Positions 1 to 9,557 of a stretch of DNA of 64,000 bases are shown here, one piece after another. Under the pieces are notes generated by a model. It saw only the letters and a list, made by a program, of their open reading frames with translations, was not told the origin of the DNA and searched no databases. Position 1 is the first letter of the stretch. Every line of letters begins with the position of its first letter. The translations under genes were made by a program, and so were the position numbers. The DNA comes from Rhodanobacteraceae bacterium (GTDB lineage Bacteria > Pseudomonadota > Gammaproteobacteria > Xanthomonadales > Rhodanobacteraceae): contig DASVGO010000040.1 in the NCBI GenBank assembly GCA_036379495.1, positions 6,399 to 70,398 on the forward strand, written 5' to 3'.

Positions 1-544
1 CGAGCTGATGCGTCTGCTGCCACCGGCCGGGCGTGGCATGCAGAAACTGCTCAAGCAATTCATCAAGCCATCCGAACGCGTGAACTGGTCGCACCACATC
101 TACGCCTCCAAACGCAACGTGCGCTTCAACGAGATGGAATACCAGGTGCCGGCCGCGCAAGGCGCGCCATGCCTGGACGAAATCTGCCACACGTTTGCAC
201 GTGACAAATCCAGAGTGTTCATCCCGGTGGAATTCCGCTTCGTGGCCGCCGACGATCTGTGGCTCAGCCCGTTCCACGGACAAGCCGATGATGCACGTTG
301 CGCCATTTCCATCCACCAGTATCACAAGCAGGATTACCGACCACTGTTTGCCCTGGCCGAGCCGATCCTGCAGCGTCACGACGGTCGCCCGCACTGGGGC
401 AAGTTGCATGCACTCAAGGCCGATCGCCTGCGCGCACTGTATCCGCATTTTGACGACTTCCTTGCCCTGCGCCGCAAACTGGATCCACATGGCAAGTTCC
501 TCAATCGACACCTGTGCGATCTGTTTGGGGTGACCGCCGCATGA
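1..544 (+). CDS. FAD-linked oxidase, D-arabinono-1,4-lactone oxidase (ALO) family, 5'-partial
   Basis: C-terminal ALO-type motifs RFNEMEY, PVEFRF, GRPHWGKLH, LDPHGKFLN; stop overlaps next start (ATGA). Confidence 0.85.
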   Translation, partial: ELMRLLPPAGRGMQKLLKQFIKPSERVNWSHHIYASKRNVRFNEMEYQVPAAQGAPCLDEICHTFARDKSRVFIPVEFRFVAADDLWLSPFHGQADDARCAISIHQYHKQDYRPLFALAEPILQRHDGRPHWGKLHALKADRLRALYPHFDDFLALRRKLDPHGKFLNRHLCDLFGVTAA

Positions 545-1758
545 GTCAGTCCGACCTAGCAACCCACCACGGCCCGCACGACGCTTATTTCGCAGGCCTG
601 CAAGCCGCACTCACGCAAGCCGGCATCGCCTGGCCGTGCGTGGTGGTTGATCGCGCGCGGCTGCATCGCAACGCGGCACGATTGAAGGCATTCATCGCCC
701 CGCAAGCGCAGTTGCGATTGGTGGAGAAATCCCTGCCGGTACCAGCACTGCTCGACTTGGCCATGGAACTCACCGGCACGCGGCGTTTGATGGTGTTCCA
801 CGAACCGCAATTGCGTCAGGTAGTGGAACGATTTCCCGACGCGGACATGCTGATGGGCAAGCCCATGCCGGTACTGGCCGCACGGCATTTTTACCAGCAC
901 GCCAAACCGGGTGCCTTCGATGCCGCGCATCAACTGCAATGGCTGATCGACACACCGCAGCGCCTGCACGAATACGCGCAACTGGCCGGAACGCTGGGCA
1001 TCCCGTTGCGCGTCAACATCGAAATCGATGTCGGCCTGCATCGCGGCGGCGTGACTCATCCGCGTGACTTGCGCGCGTTGCTGCAGCTGCTGAAGGCCAC
1101 CGATGGCAAACTCGTGTTTTCCGGCCTCATGGGCTATGACGCCCACGTGGGCAAGCTGCCCGGCATCGTGGAAAAGCGCACGGCCAGTTTTGCACGCTCG
1201 GTCGCGGCCTACCGTGCCTTTCAAGAAGAAGCCACGGCACAATTCCCGGAGATTGCCGAGAGTGCATGCTGGAACGGCGCCGGCAGTCCGACCGTGGCCC
1301 TGCACCGTCACGGTTCGCCGCTCAATGACGTCGCGGCTGGCTCTCTGTTGCTCAAGCCTGCCGAATTCGACATCGACCTTCTGACCGATTTCGAACCAGC
1401 CATCTTCATTGTCACGCCGGTGCTCAAGGTGCTCGAAGGCACCCGTCTGCCCGGCCCGGGCTGGTTGTCCACACTGCTGTACGCGGGCCACGCGACGCGT
1501 GCGCGCAGCTACTTCATCTACGGCGGCGGCTGGCCCGCCGATCCGGCTTCACCACCGGGTTTGAAAGCCAACCAGCACTTCGGCGTGAGTTTCAACCAGG
1601 CGATCTGGAACGGCCCGGCGCAACCGGCACTGGCTGTCAACGACAGCGTGTTCTTCCGCCCTTGGCAGTCCGAAGGCACGCTGCTGCATTACGGCCCCGT
1701 GCGCGTGGTCGAGGACGGCGTCGTGATCGATGAATGGATGCCGTTCGCCGAGGGCTGA
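541..1758 (+). CDS. PLP-dependent fold-type III enzyme (DSD1/alanine racemase-like)
   Basis: LRLVEKSLP (PLP lysine), NIEIDVGLHRGG, GLMGYDAHV, GAGSPT; ATG 541 coupled to upstream stop. Confidence 0.8.
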   Translation: MSQSDLATHHGPHDAYFAGLQAALTQAGIAWPCVVVDRARLHRNAARLKAFIAPQAQLRLVEKSLPVPALLDLAMELTGTRRLMVFHEPQLRQVVERFPDADMLMGKPMPVLAARHFYQHAKPGAFDAAHQLQWLIDTPQRLHEYAQLAGTLGIPLRVNIEIDVGLHRGGVTHPRDLRALLQLLKATDGKLVFSGLMGYDAHVGKLPGIVEKRTASFARSVAAYRAFQEEATAQFPEIAESACWNGAGSPTVALHRHGSPLNDVAAGSLLLKPAEFDIDLLTDFEPAIFIVTPVLKVLEGTRLPGPGWLSTLLYAGHATRARSYFIYGGGWPADPASPPGLKANQHFGVSFNQAIWNGPAQPALAVNDSVFFRPWQSEGTLLHYGPVRVVEDGVVIDEWMPFAEG

Positions 1759-1941
1759 GGCTCCGTCACGACACCATTGTCGCACCATGCACCCGACTTC
1801 AGGCGAGCCATGCAACGGTGCGTCAGGCCCCTGTCTCGGCGGCTCCGGACTCGTCCGTGAGCTGGCTATTTTTTGCCCAATGCGTCGACGGTGACGCAGC
1901 CACGCGCCCTGCGCGCAGCCGTCCCGCACCCGTCCACAAAA

Positions 1942-1964
1942 TTATCCACAGCTTTTGTGGATAA
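1942..1964. promoter_or_regulatory. Inverted pair of perfect DnaA boxes
   Basis: TTATCCACA (1942-1950), 5-bp spacer, TGTGGATAA (1956-1964). Confidence 0.75.
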
Positions 1965-1994
1965 CGGTCGAAGGCACGTCGCCGCACACCACCC

Positions 1995-2027
1995 AAACAA
2001 AAGGCCGGCGCTGCGCACGCCGGCCTT
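1995..2027 (-). terminator. Rho-independent terminator of the yccA-like gene
   Basis: Perfect 10-bp stem AAGGCCGGCG/CGCCGGCCTT (2001-2027) with a T-rich tail on the minus strand. Confidence 0.7.
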
Positions 2028-2051
2028 GCGTTCATCAGAATGATCGAACGT

Positions 2052-2849
2052 TCAGCGTCGCGTCTTGGCCAGCAAACGCAGGATTTCCAGATACAGCCAC
2101 ACCAGCGTGACCATCAATGCGAACGCGCCATACCACTCCATGTACTTGGGCGCACCGCGCGCCACGCCCTGCTCGATCATGTCGAAATCGAGTGCCAGGT
2201 TCATCGCGGCCAGGCCCACCACCAGCAGACTGAAGGCAATGCCGATCACGCCCGAGTCATTGATGAACGGGATGCTGACGCTGGTGAAGGCGTGCAGGCC
2301 GATTTCCACCAGATACAACAACGCGATCGCGCAGGTGCCGACGATCACGCAGGTGCGGAACCTGTCGGTCACCCGAATCCAGCCGGCGCGGTAGGCCACC
2401 AGCATCACCGCCAGCACCCCCGCCGTCAGCATGACGGCCTGCAGTACGATGTTCGGGTAACGCAACTCCATGAAGGCGGAGATGCCGCCCAGCGCGCAAC
2501 CCTCGGCCAGCGCATACACCGGTGCGAGAATGCCGCACCAGCGTGGCTTGAACATTGACACCACGGCCAGCGCGAAGCCCACAAGCAGGCCGCCCCACAA
2601 GTACGGCGACACTGCGCCCATGGCCTGCGAAGCCACCAATGCCTGCGCATGCTCGGTGCCGAAGGGCACATGCTGCATGGCCTCGGCATAGGCCGCGGCA
2701 AAGTGATGCCAGGTCCAGGCACCCGTGATGATGGCCAATACCAGCAACAGCCCCGTCTTGGTGACGGTGCCGTTCATGGTCATGCGTTCGCCGGTGGCCG
2801 TCTGGTCCTGAAAGACCTGACGCTTGAGGACAGGATTGTTGGATCGCAT
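2052..2849 (-). CDS. Bax inhibitor-1/YccA-like membrane protein
   Basis: MRSNNPVL start with GGAG RBS; ~7 TM; LDFDMIEQG..GAPKYMEWYGAFALMVTLVWLYLEILRLL. Confidence 0.85.
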   Translation of the reverse strand: MRSNNPVLKRQVFQDQTATGERMTMNGTVTKTGLLLVLAIITGAWTWHHFAAAYAEAMQHVPFGTEHAQALVASQAMGAVSPYLWGGLLVGFALAVVSMFKPRWCGILAPVYALAEGCALGGISAFMELRYPNIVLQAVMLTAGVLAVMLVAYRAGWIRVTDRFRTCVIVGTCAIALLYLVEIGLHAFTSVSIPFINDSGVIGIAFSLLVVGLAAMNLALDFDMIEQGVARGAPKYMEWYGAFALMVTLVWLYLEILRLLAKTRR

Positions 2850-2916
2850 GTACAGCTCCAGGGTGTATCGCAAGGTGACCCATGATAACGGCACGGGGTG
2901 ACCGGTGCACGACGCG

Positions 2917-3666
2917 TCAGGGTTTCACGCCGAGCAGCTGGATTTCGAAAACCAGCGCCTCGTTGGGGCCGATGCGCGGCAACTGGCCGCGCTCGCCATA
3001 GGCCTGTCGCGGTGGGATGAAAACCTGCCAGTGCGCGCCCACGTGCATCAGAGGCAACACGTCACGCCAACCCGGCAGCATGTCGCGGACCGCGAAGGTG
3101 ACCGGCTTGCCGCGCACCCAGGTGCTGTCGAACTGCATGCCGTTGATCAGCGAACCGCGATAATTCATGACCACCGTGCTGGCCAGGGTCGGTGCCGCGC
3201 CATGCCCGACCTTGAGCACCCTGTACTGTACGCCCGATGGCAGCGACACCACGCCGGGCTTGTCGCCATTGGCTCGCATGAAGGCGACACTGGCCTGCGC
3301 ATTTTCCCGGGCCATGCGGCGAAAGGCCGCCATGTCCTGCCGGTGCATGCGTCGTTCGAGCGCATCGATTTGCTGCTGCATCACCAGCATCGGCACCGCC
3401 GGCGGATGCCGCGCATACGCATCCCGGATCGCCCGCATCAGCACTGGCAAATCCACGTCCGGCCGACCGTGCGCAAACTCGCTGCCGATGCGGTACCCGA
3501 TGGCGTAGGACACGTCATGCCGATTCAGTGTCGATGTCGGCACGGGCACGGGTTTGGCCACGCTGCCGGTCGACGCCGGCACGCCAGCCGCCGCCCACGT
3601 CGCGACCGGCAACCAGCCACCCAGCACCATCAGCAACACGCCTCGCATCGAACGATCCTGCTTCAT
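2917..3666 (-). CDS. FKBP-type peptidyl-prolyl isomerase (Mip/FklB-like) with signal peptide
   Basis: SYAIG N-domain; LPSGVQYRVL, YRGSLING, FDS, IPPRQAYG, IGPNEALVFEIQLL. Confidence 0.9.
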   Translation of the reverse strand: MKQDRSMRGVLLMVLGGWLPVATWAAAGVPASTGSVAKPVPVPTSTLNRHDVSYAIGYRIGSEFAHGRPDVDLPVLMRAIRDAYARHPPAVPMLVMQQQIDALERRMHRQDMAAFRRMARENAQASVAFMRANGDKPGVVSLPSGVQYRVLKVGHGAAPTLASTVVMNYRGSLINGMQFDSTWVRGKPVTFAVRDMLPGWRDVLPLMHVGAHWQVFIPPRQAYGERGQLPRIGPNEALVFEIQLLGVKP

Positions 3667-3745
3667 AACTGCTGATTGAGAACTGCCCTTCGGCCAAAAG
3701 GTTCCCGGCTGCTACCATCACGGACCGGTTCCACGAGCTTCCACC

Positions 3746-4528
3746 ATGGCCTATCGCAACCTTGACATCTCCAACCGCGGCGCCGTCCGCACCATCATCG
3801 TCAACCGCCCGGACAAGCTGAACGCGCTCAATCGCGAAACCATCAACGAGCTTGACATCGCCTTCACGCAAGTCATGCAGGATGATGCCGTGCGTGCGAT
3901 CGTGCTCACCGGCGCCGGCGACAAGGCCTTCGTGGCGGGCGCCGACATTGCCGAAATGCGCGGTTACACGCCGGTGCAGGCGCAGGGTTTCTCGCATGCC
4001 GGACAGCAACTCATGCTGTCGATCGAGCGTCTCGGCAAGCCGGTCATCGCGCGCATCCAGGGCTTTGCCCTGGGCGGTGGCATGGAGTTGGCCATGGCAT
4101 GTCACCTGCGCATCGCCAGCGAAAAGGCCCGATTGGGTCAGCCGGAAATCAACCTCGGACTGATCCCGGGCTTTGGTGGCACCCAACGGTTGAGCCGTCT
4201 GGCAGGGCGTGCCGCCGCGCTGGAAATGTGCCTCACCGGCACGCCTGTCAAGGCCGAGCGCGCCGCCGCCTTGGGCCTGGTCAACCAAGTGGTCGCCCAC
4301 GAAATTTTGGACGACACCGTCAATGCCCTTGCCGATCAACTGGCAGCTGCCGCGCCGCTGGCTGCCACCGGCATCCTCGATGCCATACTCAATGGCAACG
4401 AATGCGGCATCGACCAGGGGCTGGCTTATGAAACCCGGCTGTTCGCACTGGCTTTCGCCACCGACGACATGCACGAAGGCACCACGGCCTTCCTCGAAAA
4501 ACGCCAGCCGACGTTCACCGGCGCATGA
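3746..4528 (+). CDS. Enoyl-CoA hydratase/crotonase family
   Basis: NRPDKLNALN, AFVAGADI, ALGGGMELAMAC, GQPEINLGLIPGFGGTQRL. Confidence 0.93.
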   Translation: MAYRNLDISNRGAVRTIIVNRPDKLNALNRETINELDIAFTQVMQDDAVRAIVLTGAGDKAFVAGADIAEMRGYTPVQAQGFSHAGQQLMLSIERLGKPVIARIQGFALGGGMELAMACHLRIASEKARLGQPEINLGLIPGFGGTQRLSRLAGRAAALEMCLTGTPVKAERAAALGLVNQVVAHEILDDTVNALADQLAAAAPLAATGILDAILNGNECGIDQGLAYETRLFALAFATDDMHEGTTAFLEKRQPTFTGA

Positions 4529-4581
4529 TTTTCGCCCCGCGCGGGTCCGGCAACCCGGATCCGTGCGGTTTGCAGCAAGGG

Positions 4582-5409
4582 TCAATGCGAGTTGCCGCGA
4601 TAGTTTTTTTCGCCCGCGGTCACGCGTGCTGCCAAGCGGTTTTCTGGTGGCGCCATCGGGCAAGTCGCGAACGCCGTGAACACGCACGGCGGGTTGTAGG
4701 CCTTGTTGAAATCGAGCACCACGCGGCCGTCGCGCGGCGGTTCGGTGTACAGGAAACGTGCGGCGCCGTAGGTCTCCTTGCCCGACGTCTGATCGGCGAA
4801 CACCAGGAAATACGCTTCGTCACCAGGTGACTCGATGACGGGCAACAGCTCGAAGCGCTGCCCGTCGCGCTCGAATACCGCCACCCCCGCCACCGGGTGG
4901 CGTTCAATGGTGCCGATGGCGGTCCCCATGTCGAGCGTCTGACCCGGTGCGGCGGGTAGCCAGTCGGCCTCGATACGCCAGGACAGATCGATCGGGAAAT
5001 GATCCAGCCCCAGAAAATGTTCGCGCGTGGCAGCGTGCACGTTCTTGATGCGCAAGCCGACCAGATCGCCACGTCGCACCAGAAAAAAACTGATGTCACC
5101 GACACTGACCACGGTCGGTCGCGCATGGCTGTCGTCGAGCAACACGGCGGCGTCACGGTCTTCACCATCGATGCGTCCACCGCTACCGACCAACAGGGCC
5201 ACATGCACCTGGCCATCGGCGGCAAGCGTCACTCTGCCCAAGTGCGGCGGCAACCCGGCCACGACGATGCCGTTGTCGGCGGCACTGCCGATGCGATTCT
5301 CGCCCGCATCCAGCCATGGCAATCCGATCAGCGTCAGCCAGCCATCCGGCGCGGTCAGGCGATCCAGTCGCGCCTTTCGCCAACGTTCCACCTGCTCGAC
5401 ATGTGTCAT
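4582..5409 (-). CDS. DUF1684 family protein
   Basis: GWLTLIGL, FADQTSGKETYGAARFL, LDFNKAYNPPCVFTAFATCPMAP. Confidence 0.85.
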   Translation of the reverse strand: MTHVEQVERWRKARLDRLTAPDGWLTLIGLPWLDAGENRIGSAADNGIVVAGLPPHLGRVTLAADGQVHVALLVGSGGRIDGEDRDAAVLLDDSHARPTVVSVGDISFFLVRRGDLVGLRIKNVHAATREHFLGLDHFPIDLSWRIEADWLPAAPGQTLDMGTAIGTIERHPVAGVAVFERDGQRFELLPVIESPGDEAYFLVFADQTSGKETYGAARFLYTEPPRDGRVVLDFNKAYNPPCVFTAFATCPMAPPENRLAARVTAGEKNYRGNSH

Positions 5410-5630
5410 GGGCCGACCTTGCCGCGCGCGCGGCGAATGCGGGTCCACCAGGCCCCCTGGTTGGCACCCATGGCGAGCACCACGACCAGCATCACGATCG
5501 CGGCCAGTACGCCGTCGATGGCATGACCGACCATCAAGGCCAGCACGATGATCAGGCACGCCAGCAGAAGCGTGTTGATGGCAAGAAAGCTGGCCACACG
5601 GGTGTTCGATGTTGCATGGGTCATGACCAC
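5406..5630 (-). CDS. Small two-TM membrane protein
   Basis: Two hydrophobic helices and a basic tail; 12 bp after mutL stop, ATGA overlap with DUF1684. Confidence 0.6.
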   Translation of the reverse strand: MVMTHATSNTRVASFLAINTLLLACLIIVLALMVGHAIDGVLAAIVMLVVVLAMGANQGAWWTRIRRARGKVGP

Positions 5631-5642
5631 TCCCGAGGTGCT

Positions 5643-7493
5643 TCAGCGACCACGCAGGAACAGGCGGTCCAGTTCATCCAAGCGCAATTGTACCCATGTG
5701 GGGCGACCGTGATTGCACTGGCCGGAACGCTCGGTAGCTTCCATGTCGCGCAACAAGGCATTCATCTCCGGAATTGTCAGATGCCGTCCGGCGCGAACCG
5801 AACCATGGCAGGCCATGGTCGACAGCAGTTCGTTTTCGAGCTCTTCCAGGCGCCGCGAACGCCCGTGTTCGGCGAGTTCGCCCAGCACGTCGCGCACCAG
5901 CTGGGTGACGTCGGCGCCTTCCAGCAACGCGGGAATGCGCCGCGCCAGCACCGCCGACGGGCCGGTGCGCGAGAGCTCCAGGCCCCACTCGGCCAACGCT
6001 TCGGCGTATTCCTCGGCAGCCGCCGCTTCCTTGCTGGACACGGCAATAGACAAAGGCACCAGCAACTGCTGCGAACGCAGGTTGCAAGTACTGCGACCAG
6101 CCTTGAGACGTTCGTAAGTGATGCGCTCGTGGGCGGCATGCATGTCCACGAGAATCAGGCCATGGGCATTCTCGGCCAGGATGTAGATGCTTTTGAGTTG
6201 CGCCAGCGCATAACCCAGCGGCGGGACTTCGGCCGCATCGGTAGTCGGGTCAAACGTGGTGGATGCCGTGTTGTACGTCGGCATGTTGTCCGTCAGCGCT
6301 GCATGATCGGCCAAGGGCTGGTCGCGGACCACCTGCGCCAACGCCAACGGCGCCTGCCCGCGCCAGACCCTGCCATGGATTGCACCACCGCCGGTGAAAT
6401 GGGCCGGCATGCCGGGCGGTGCGACTTGCCCCATGGCGGGCGCACGCAAACCTTCGGGCAAGGCCCCTGCCGGCAGCGAAGTGACGGAGCCTGCGCGCGT
6501 GTCGGCAAGCGCTTCACTGAGATTGCGGAACAGGAAATCATGCACCAGGCGCTGCTCACGGAAACGCACCTCGTGCTTTGCCGGATGCACGTTGACATCG
6601 ACCCCGGCCGGGTCCAGTTGCAGAAACAGCACGAACACCGGATGGCGGCCGTGAAACAGCACATCGGCATACGCCTGGCGCACGGCATGTGCGACCACGC
6701 GGTCACGCACCATGCGCCCGTTCACGAAAAAGTATTGCTGATCGGCCTGCGCGCGCGAGGCTGTCGGCAAACCGACCCAACCCGACAGCCGCATGCCCGC
6801 GCCGGCCTGCTCGATCCGCAGGCTGCGTTCCGGGAACTCCGGCCCCAGCACTTCGGCGACCCGTGCCAATGCGGCGGCGTGGTCACGCGCCGGTTTGAAC
6901 AGGCGCAAAGGCTTGCCGTTGTGGGTCAGACGAAACTCGATGCCGGGATGCGCCAGCGCCAGGGTCTTGACGAGATCGTCGATATGCCCCAGCTCGGTAC
7001 GCTCGGCACGCAAAAACTTGCGCCGCGCCGGCACGTTGTGGAACAGGTCGCGCACTTCGATGCTGGTACCCGGCGGATGCTGCGCGGGGCCCGCCTCGCG
7101 TGCCTGCCCGGCAACCACCTCCACGCGCATGGCGATCTCGGTGTCGATGGGCCGCGAAGTCATCACGAAACGCGACACCGAGGCCACCGACGCCAGCGCC
7201 TCGCCTCGAAAACCCATGGTGGCAACGTGTTCGAGGTCATCGAAACTGGCGATCTTGCTGGTGGCATGCGAGGCGAGCGCCAGCGGCAGCTCGTCGGCGG
7301 CAATGCCGCAACCATCATCACGCACGCGGATCAAACGTGCGCCACCGGCCTCGATGTCCACCTCGATGCGCGTGGCTCCGGCATCCAGGCTGTTCTCGAC
7401 CAACTCCTTGACCACGGAAGCCGGACGCTCGATGACCTCACCGGCGGCGATCTGGTTGACGAGGTTGGGAGGCAGGGCGCGAATCGAAGGCAT
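5643..7493 (-). CDS. mutL: DNA mismatch repair protein MutL
   Basis: [54 protein letters not shown]. Confidence 0.98.
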   Translation of the reverse strand: MPSIRALPPNLVNQIAAGEVIERPASVVKELVENSLDAGATRIEVDIEAGGARLIRVRDDGCGIAADELPLALASHATSKIASFDDLEHVATMGFRGEALASVASVSRFVMTSRPIDTEIAMRVEVVAGQAREAGPAQHPPGTSIEVRDLFHNVPARRKFLRAERTELGHIDDLVKTLALAHPGIEFRLTHNGKPLRLFKPARDHAAALARVAEVLGPEFPERSLRIEQAGAGMRLSGWVGLPTASRAQADQQYFFVNGRMVRDRVVAHAVRQAYADVLFHGRHPVFVLFLQLDPAGVDVNVHPAKHEVRFREQRLVHDFLFRNLSEALADTRAGSVTSLPAGALPEGLRAPAMGQVAPPGMPAHFTGGGAIHGRVWRGQAPLALAQVVRDQPLADHAALTDNMPTYNTASTTFDPTTDAAEVPPLGYALAQLKSIYILAENAHGLILVDMHAAHERITYERLKAGRSTCNLRSQQLLVPLSIAVSSKEAAAAEEYAEALAEWGLELSRTGPSAVLARRIPALLEGADVTQLVRDVLGELAEHGRSRRLEELENELLSTMACHGSVRAGRHLTIPEMNALLRDMEATERSGQCNHGRPTWVQLRLDELDRLFLRGR

Positions 7494-7559
7494 GCGGCCT
7501 AGGATAAGGCCAATCAGCCACCGCACAACCGTGCGCGCGAAACCGCCAAATAGCGCGGA

Positions 7560-8939
7560 TCAACTGGCCGGGATAACCAGCACCGCACCGGCCTGGACCA
7601 TGTTGTCGGTCATGTCGTTGGCCGATTTGATCGCGCCGATGGTCACGCCATAACGCTGCGCGATGCCGGACAACGTGTCGCCGCGACCCACTTTGTAGTG
7701 GCGGGTGCCATGATGACGACTGCCTGTCACGGCCAGCTCGCCGCGACGCCGCTGCGCCTGCAGGGCAAACCATGTGCCGGGCGGTGGTGTGGTCCCGAAA
7801 TACTGCTTGACGCCCGCAAGAATGGCCTTGGCCAGTTTTTCGCGATAGGCCGGACGCTGCAGCTTGCGCTCACCGACCGGATTGGTGATGAAGGCCGTCT
7901 CCACCAGGATCGACGGAATGTCCGGCGAGCGCAGCACCACGAAATTGGCGCGCTCGATGTGGTCGCGATGGGTCGGGCCGATCTTCGCCAGATCGTGCAA
8001 CACGTTGTCGGCGATCAACGAGCTGGCGTGGATGGCGTAACGTTGCTGCAGGTCCAGCAACACCGAGGCCAGCTGATCACTCTTGTCGTCCAGCGTCACG
8101 CCGCCGATCAGCCCCGAGCGGTTCTGGGTGTCGGCCAACCAACGCGCCGCCTCGCTGACACGCCCGTGCGTGGACAGCACCCACACCGACGAACCACGGG
8201 CATCGGTGCTGCGGTAAGCATCGGCATGGATCGAGATGAACAGATCGGCATTGTGCCGACGTGCGATCAAACGACGCTGCTTGAGGCCGACGTAATAATC
8301 GCCCTTGCGCGTCAGCACGGCGGTCATGCCGGGCTGCGCATCGATCAACTTGGCCAGATCCTTGGCCACTTCCAAGGTGATGGTTTTTTCGTGCGTGCCA
8401 TCCGGACCCGTCGCACCCGGGTCGACACCGCCGTGACCGGCGTCCACGGCGACCACGATCTTGCGCGCGCCGTGCAGAAGCTCGGCCATGCGCGTGGCGG
8501 CCTGGCGCTCGTTGAGCGTGCGCGGCGCCGCGTGGCCAGCGGGATAAAGATCAACCACGAGCCGGTAACCGTGACCATCGCTCGGCTTGAGCAGAAAGCT
8601 CTTGGGGTGCGCCAGCGCGGCCAGGTCCAGCACCACGCGCATTCCGTGCTTGCCGTGGCGCCCCATGCGCACATCCTTGATGAGACCACGGTTGCGCGGG
8701 GTGGCAAGCGCATGTCCGATGCTCGCGTCGCTGAAATCGAGCACCACGCGACCGGGATGTGCCAACTGGAAAAGCCGGTAGGTGACCGGCCCCGACACTT
8801 CGATGACGGCGCGTGTGCGGGCGGCCGTGACGGAGACCTGCAGGTGCCGGATCTGCGTCGCCTGCGCCGGGCACACGACGGCCAGCGCCACCAGCACCGC
8901 GAGGAACAGCCGGACAATGGTTGGGTAATGGCCCCTCAT
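7560..8939 (-). CDS. amiC: N-acetylmuramoyl-L-alanine amidase (AMIN, Amidase_3, LysM)
   Basis: DAGHGGVDPGA, FISIHADA, SILVETAFITN, C-terminal LysM; position between tsaE and mutL. Confidence 0.9.
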   Translation of the reverse strand: MRGHYPTIVRLFLAVLVALAVVCPAQATQIRHLQVSVTAARTRAVIEVSGPVTYRLFQLAHPGRVVLDFSDASIGHALATPRNRGLIKDVRMGRHGKHGMRVVLDLAALAHPKSFLLKPSDGHGYRLVVDLYPAGHAAPRTLNERQAATRMAELLHGARKIVVAVDAGHGGVDPGATGPDGTHEKTITLEVAKDLAKLIDAQPGMTAVLTRKGDYYVGLKQRRLIARRHNADLFISIHADAYRSTDARGSSVWVLSTHGRVSEAARWLADTQNRSGLIGGVTLDDKSDQLASVLLDLQQRYAIHASSLIADNVLHDLAKIGPTHRDHIERANFVVLRSPDIPSILVETAFITNPVGERKLQRPAYREKLAKAILAGVKQYFGTTPPPGTWFALQAQRRRGELAVTGSRHHGTRHYKVGRGDTLSGIAQRYGVTIGAIKSANDMTDNMVQAGAVLVIPAS

Positions 8940-9101
8940 GGAGCGGATTGATAACGCAATCCGCTCCCGATTGCAAGTCTAAAACCTTTTGTTATCCGTC
9001 ACCTGCGATTTTTTTATCAGCAGAATGTCAGAAACCTTCGGCAAGCATCCGATTAAACAGGGCAACACCATCCTTCACATGTAGATGTTTTTAATCCGTT
9101 T

Positions 9102-9557
9102 TCAGACGGAGAGGCGCGCCAGCACGGCCTCGCCACGTGGACTCGCGGCAACCAGGCTGGCCTTGCGCCCTGCCTCGGCGTGCGCCAGTCGCAGCGTCAG
9201 ATCGGCCTCCGGCAAGGCGCCGGCCCCGTGCTGCGGCCATTCGACCAGCACCAGCGCGCCGGGCTCGGCCAGCGTATCCAGGCCCAGCCATTCCAGTTCA
9301 CCCGGATCGGCAATGCGATACAAGTCCAGATGCCAGGCGCGACCGGCTGGCAAGGGGTAAGACTCGACCAGCGTGTAGGTCGGGCTTTTGACGCGTTCGC
9401 CCACGCCCAGATGCCGCAGCAGTGCGCGCGTGAACGTGGTTTTGCCCACGCCAAGATCGCCATCCAGGTACACCACCAGCGAACCATCCAGCGCATCGGC
9501 AACGCGCGCGGCCAAGGTACAGGTGGCCGATTCATCCGGCAAATCGAAATCACGCAT
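9102..9557 (-). CDS. tsaE: tRNA t6A biosynthesis ATPase TsaE
   Basis: LDGDLGVGKTT, VKSPTYTLVESY, HLDLYRI, LVEWP; start could be 9557-9566. Confidence 0.95.
   Translation of the reverse strand: MRDFDLPDESATCTLAARVADALDGSLVVYLDGDLGVGKTTFTRALLRHLGVGERVKSPTYTLVESYPLPAGRAWHLDLYRIADPGELEWLGLDTLAEPGALVLVEWPQHGAGALPEADLTLRLAHAEAGRKASLVAASPRGEAVLARLSV

Noticed and set aside
1930-1964. oriC
   Set aside because: Only two perfect boxes, no AT-rich unwinding element and no dnaA/dnaN/gidA context.
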